Positions 15,038-18,245 of a stretch of DNA of 18,245 nt are shown here, piece by piece. The notes beneath the pieces were generated by a model. It did not search any database. It was not told the origin of the DNA and worked only from the letters and a program-made list of their open reading frames with translations. The stretch covers positions 1-18,245 of the forward strand of contig BTVV01000123.1 of the NCBI GenBank assembly GCA_045863855.1, written 5' to 3'. A program made the translations under genes and the position numbers. This DNA is from Planctomycetota bacterium (GTDB lineage Bacteria > Planctomycetota > SZUA-567 > H5-PLA8). Each line of letters begins with the position of its first letter. Positions within the stretch are counted from its first letter, which is position 1.

Positions 15038-16702
15038 CTACCACCGCCCCGGCGCCAGGATCCCGCGTGGATCCAGCGCCGCCTTCAACTCTCTCGCAAC
15101 GTCGAAGTAGGTCTCTGATAATTGCGCGATCCGGCGCATAGTCCCCGCGTGTGCGCGGTACGGTGGATACCCCGCTGCCAGCAGCGTCTCCAGTAGTTCC
15201 GCTTGGCAGCACCGCGCACGCTCCGTGTCAGCCGCGTCGTCCTTGTCGAAACAGATCGTCATCACAGCGCTCAAAGCCCGCTCGCTCACCATCGAAAGCG
15301 TCGACAGGTAATCGAAGCCATGCGTACGGAATATCGGCAGCACCGCCGCATGCAGACGCGCCAGATCTTCGCGAGTGCACGGGATTACCGGTGAGAGCCA
15401 CAAGAAGCCCGCGCCAAGATCGCGCGGATCGTCGGAGCCTTCCGCTGGCACAGCGCGGCGCGAACGCCACATACCGCCGTTCAGGCACAGGCGCGTTGGT
15501 TTCCCGCGCAGCAGGTCAAAGCCCAGTTCCATCTTCTCCAGCGCCCGGCATAGGCTTTGGCCCAGCCCCAGCTTACCCAGACACTTCGCACCCGCGCGTG
15601 CCCACCGCAGCCGCCGTTCGTCGAGGAACACCAGCCGCAGGCCTGGCACGCGCCGCAGGGCCTTGCGTACTTCGCCCGCCGCAGCCGCCACTTCCGCCTC
15701 GCTCCCATACAAGCCGCCGCTCCCGCACCACGCCCCAATCCCGTGATTATTGCGCAGTTCCGACCGGAGCGCCTCGCACAGCGGCGTATCGCCCCTCATC
15801 GCATCCCACGGATAGCGTTCGCTCATCGAGATCATGCGCAGATCGTTGGCAGTATGCACCGGCGAGCGTAGCGTCCCCCGCAAGCGCAGCCTGCGCAGCG
15901 CTTCCAGCAGATCCCAAAGCCTAGCGTCGTCGGAGAGCGAGAAGAAAAATGCGCGCAGCGCCTCCGGCTTCGGCTGAAGCCAGACTGTCATACGCGTCAC
16001 CACGCCGAAGTTCGATTGCGTGAATAGCCCGTCCAGGTATGGCCCCACGCCCCAACGGTACACCGCGGCGCTCCGCGCGCCGCCCAGATGACCGAACCCG
16101 GTGCGCAACAGCCGCCCATCGGGCAGAACTGCTTCCAGTCCGCAGACATGCGCGAAGCGATCCCCATGCGGCGTGTGTCCGAAGCCGCGCTCCAGCGTGT
16201 TCCCGATCAGGCTCGTGTCCGGACCCGCGCCCGTCGCGTCGGCCATCAGCGCCATGCCCTGGCGTTCCAAGAAGGCCGTGAGTTGCCCCTGCGTTACGCC
16301 CGGTTCCACCGTCGCGTAAGCCAGATCCGCATTCACTTCCACGATTCGGTTCATCCGGCTCAGATCGAGCAGCACCTGTCCGTCGCCAGGCGCGCACGCG
16401 TCACCGTAGCCCCAGTTCCGCCCGCTGCTGATGGGATAGACCGCGATCCGATGTTCGTACGCAATCCGTAAGACCGCTCGAACCTCCTCCGCGCAGCCCG
16501 GCCACACTACCGCCCGAGGCGTCGTGCCTTCGGGCAGCGTCGTGCGCGCCCAATGCTGCCGCGTCGCCGCATCGGCTCGCACATGCTCCTGTCCCAGAAG
16601 CGCTTCCAGCGCGCGTATGAAATCGCCGCTTCCCGCCGAGCCGCGGACGCACCGAAGCGCTTGAAGATCGGAAGAGTAAATCAGACCGGTGGGGGCCGCC
16701 AT
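15038..16702 (-). CDS. FAD-binding oxidoreductase of the vanillyl-alcohol oxidase / p-cresol methylhydroxylase flavoprotein family (FeeG-like), 554 aa
   Basis: GGAGG RBS 8 nt before ATG at 16702, so the 16747 start in the track is likely too long. Motifs VYPISSGRNWGYG, LDLSRMNRI, ATVEPGVTQGQL, SLIGNTLERGFGHTPHGD, CGLEAVLPDG, GPYLDGLFTQSNFGVVT, GYPPYR and LKAALDPRGILAPGRW. Confidence 0.92.
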   Translation of the reverse strand: MAAPTGLIYSSDLQALRCVRGSAGSGDFIRALEALLGQEHVRADAATRQHWARTTLPEGTTPRAVVWPGCAEEVRAVLRIAYEHRIAVYPISSGRNWGYGDACAPGDGQVLLDLSRMNRIVEVNADLAYATVEPGVTQGQLTAFLERQGMALMADATGAGPDTSLIGNTLERGFGHTPHGDRFAHVCGLEAVLPDGRLLRTGFGHLGGARSAAVYRWGVGPYLDGLFTQSNFGVVTRMTVWLQPKPEALRAFFFSLSDDARLWDLLEALRRLRLRGTLRSPVHTANDLRMISMSERYPWDAMRGDTPLCEALRSELRNNHGIGAWCGSGGLYGSEAEVAAAAGEVRKALRRVPGLRLVFLDERRLRWARAGAKCLGKLGLGQSLCRALEKMELGFDLLRGKPTRLCLNGGMWRSRRAVPAEGSDDPRDLGAGFLWLSPVIPCTREDLARLHAAVLPIFRTHGFDYLSTLSMVSERALSAVMTICFDKDDAADTERARCCQAELLETLLAAGYPPYRAHAGTMRRIAQLSETYFDVARELKAALDPRGILAPGRW

Positions 16703-16760
16703 GTGTACATCCTCCGCGCGCTGGCCATACGGAGGTTGCTGTAACATGCTTTATGCAGGA

Positions 16761-16789
16761 ATTTTCGGAGAAATGCGCGCCCGATTCAA
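16761..16789 (-). promoter_or_regulatory. Possible sigma70-like promoter for the flavoprotein gene
   Basis: Minus strand TTGAAT-17 nt-GAAAAT in the 102-nt intergenic gap. The -10 element lacks the first T. Confidence 0.25.
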
Positions 16790-16804
16790 TACACGTCGCC
16801 GGCG

Positions 16805-18245
16805 CTACTCTTCCATCACGTCGGGATGCTTCAAGAACGGCGTGGTTGTCCCTTTGAAAGGTCCGTTCTTCATTCGCTGGATCTCGGTAATTGGATCCCG
16901 AACTGCCTTGGGCAGATCGTCCTTACTAAGACGAGTGGTCTTAATGCTTTGGATATCCATTCCCCGCATACCCAGGAAAATGCGCCGCGACGGGAAATTG
17001 AGTGTTGTACTGCGGATGCAGTACAGATCACCGTCGACGTACGTAAATACGAAGCAATCGTTGAAAATGAAACGCAAGGTCTGCCAGCGATTCAGCTTCA
17101 TGCTTAGCGCGTTGGTCCAGTAAGTCTGTGACGGCGGAGTATCCGCCTCAATCCAGAACGCATCCACCCCGCCTTCATAATTGTCCTTACGGTCCAACTT
17201 TGGGATTCGAGCCCGCACGTCGATTTTGAAGGCTGCGCGCGGCGCATCCCCCGGCAGACGCAAGATTACGAAATCGCCCTTCTTGATCGGCGTGGCGCGC
17301 ATGAAGCCCGGCTGATCCTGATCGGGCCGCATCCACGTCCACAGGTCCGGGTTCTTAGGCAGATCCGCCGCCGGTCCTGCGCCGAAATCCCACGTATTCT
17401 TGAACGCCGGCTCCTCGATCGGCCGCCTGCTCAACTCCAGGCGGTCGATCGGCCAGCGCACCCAGCCGCCAGGCTCCGCCGACACGAAGAATCGAATCCG
17501 CACCATCGGAGTCTCTACGCTGTTTATGCGCTCTTTCGAAATCGCATTCCCGTCCACCGCGCCTGACGGTTGAATTTCCATTCCTCCGCTCAAGCTTAGC
17601 GACTCAGGCTGAGAGACCGTCCGCGTCCCAAGCCGCGTGGTCTGCGGCTGCCCAATGACCACGGTATAATCCGTCAGTACGTAGGTGCCGTTGGCCAGCC
17701 GCTCGGCCGAGTAACCCGTCCCGTAAACGCGTACCCCCTTCGTGTCGAAGATCTCGAACCCGTACGCGAAGCGCCCCCCACCTTCTGGCGGATAGGCATC
17801 CAAGCTTAGGTGCAGCAGTGAGCCCATCGCGAACGGGCGCGAAAACACGAAAGCCTCCGCCGCGGCACCTGGAGCGGCCGCCGCATCGCCCGCCGCTTCA
17901 GGCGTTTTTCCGACGAGCGACACCGCTTCGCCCTTCCAAGTCTGTCCCCACGCGCTCAATTCCAGTCGCGACTGTAGCGTCCCCTGCGCCGTGCGTACCG
18001 CGCCGCGCGGTTGCCATATCGCCTCACCTGTCACTTCATCCACGCCCCGCGCCGTCCACTCGGCCCCTTCCGAAACTTCCCAGAACGCATCCAGCTTCGG
18101 TGACTCGAAATGATCCTGATACACCATGTCCGCCAGCGGCGGTGTTTCCGCCGCCACCGCCACCGCCGCCGGCGTCGTATCCGTCGAACGGTTCGGCATG
18201 ATCGCCACCAGCGCCACTCCTGCCGCCGCTACAGCAACACAGATT
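16805..18245 (-). CDS. C-terminal part of a membrane-anchored hypothetical protein that starts beyond the window
   Basis: The frame is open from 18244: hydrophobic ICVAVAAAGVALVAIMP, an Ala/Pro/Thr linker, then beta-rich domains starting VYQDHFESPKLDAFWEV and NTWDFGAGPAADL. Stop at 16805-16807. Function not recognised. Confidence 0.75.
   Translation of the reverse strand, partial: ICVAVAAAGVALVAIMPNRSTDTTPAAVAVAAETPPLADMVYQDHFESPKLDAFWEVSEGAEWTARGVDEVTGEAIWQPRGAVRTAQGTLQSRLELSAWGQTWKGEAVSLVGKTPEAAGDAAAAPGAAAEAFVFSRPFAMGSLLHLSLDAYPPEGGGRFAYGFEIFDTKGVRVYGTGYSAERLANGTYVLTDYTVVIGQPQTTRLGTRTVSQPESLSLSGGMEIQPSGAVDGNAISKERINSVETPMVRIRFFVSAEPGGWVRWPIDRLELSRRPIEEPAFKNTWDFGAGPAADLPKNPDLWTWMRPDQDQPGFMRATPIKKGDFVILRLPGDAPRAAFKIDVRARIPKLDRKDNYEGGVDAFWIEADTPPSQTYWTNALSMKLNRWQTLRFIFNDCFVFTYVDGDLYCIRSTTLNFPSRRIFLGMRGMDIQSIKTTRLSKDDLPKAVRDPITEIQRMKNGPFKGTTTPFLKHPDVMEE

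Noticed and set aside
14609..15118. 169-aa and 91-aa ORFs as independent genes
   Set aside because: Each carries one piece of the same frameshifted flavoprotein pseudogene.
653..18201. Many antisense and alternate-frame ORFs (e.g. 1352-2308 -, 2079-2927 +, 9572-10282 -, 15151-15924 +)
   Set aside because: They overlap well-supported genes, have no recognisable motifs, and are expected shadows in GC-rich DNA.
1..18245. CRISPR array, tRNA, rRNA or integron integrase
   Set aside because: No regularly spaced repeats, cloverleaf or rRNA-like sequence, or tyrosine-recombinase motifs were seen by eye.

Overview
GC-rich bacterial window. The gene families and the attC style suggest a PVC-superphylum (Planctomycetota-like) organism, which is an inference. 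Three blocks are visible. (1) 1-11055, + strand, glycan-catabolism region: the end of a DUF4091-like gene, a large secreted methyltransferase-fold/PQQ-like beta-propeller protein, a sulfatase remnant (- strand), a solute-binding-domain/AraC fusion regulator, a small secreted protein, and an operon-like run of a GH129/DUF5696-like hydrolase, a heparinase II/III-like lyase and a YesU/DUF1961-like protein. (2) 11056-13287, a stack of decayed mobile elements: an integron gene cassette between two truncated attC sites with no integrase in the window, an internal fragment of a DDE/rve transposase, a probable IS end, the 5' part of an IS3-family element, and the 3' end of an IS66-like element fused to it. 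(3) 13288-18245: a FeeM-like N-acyl amino acid synthase, then a pseudogenised VAO/PCMH-type flavoprotein, converging on an intact paralogous flavoprotein (FeeG-like by inference), plus the C-terminal part of a membrane-anchored protein that runs off the window. No rRNA, tRNA or CRISPR array was seen. All family assignments come from motif recognition by eye, not from database searches.
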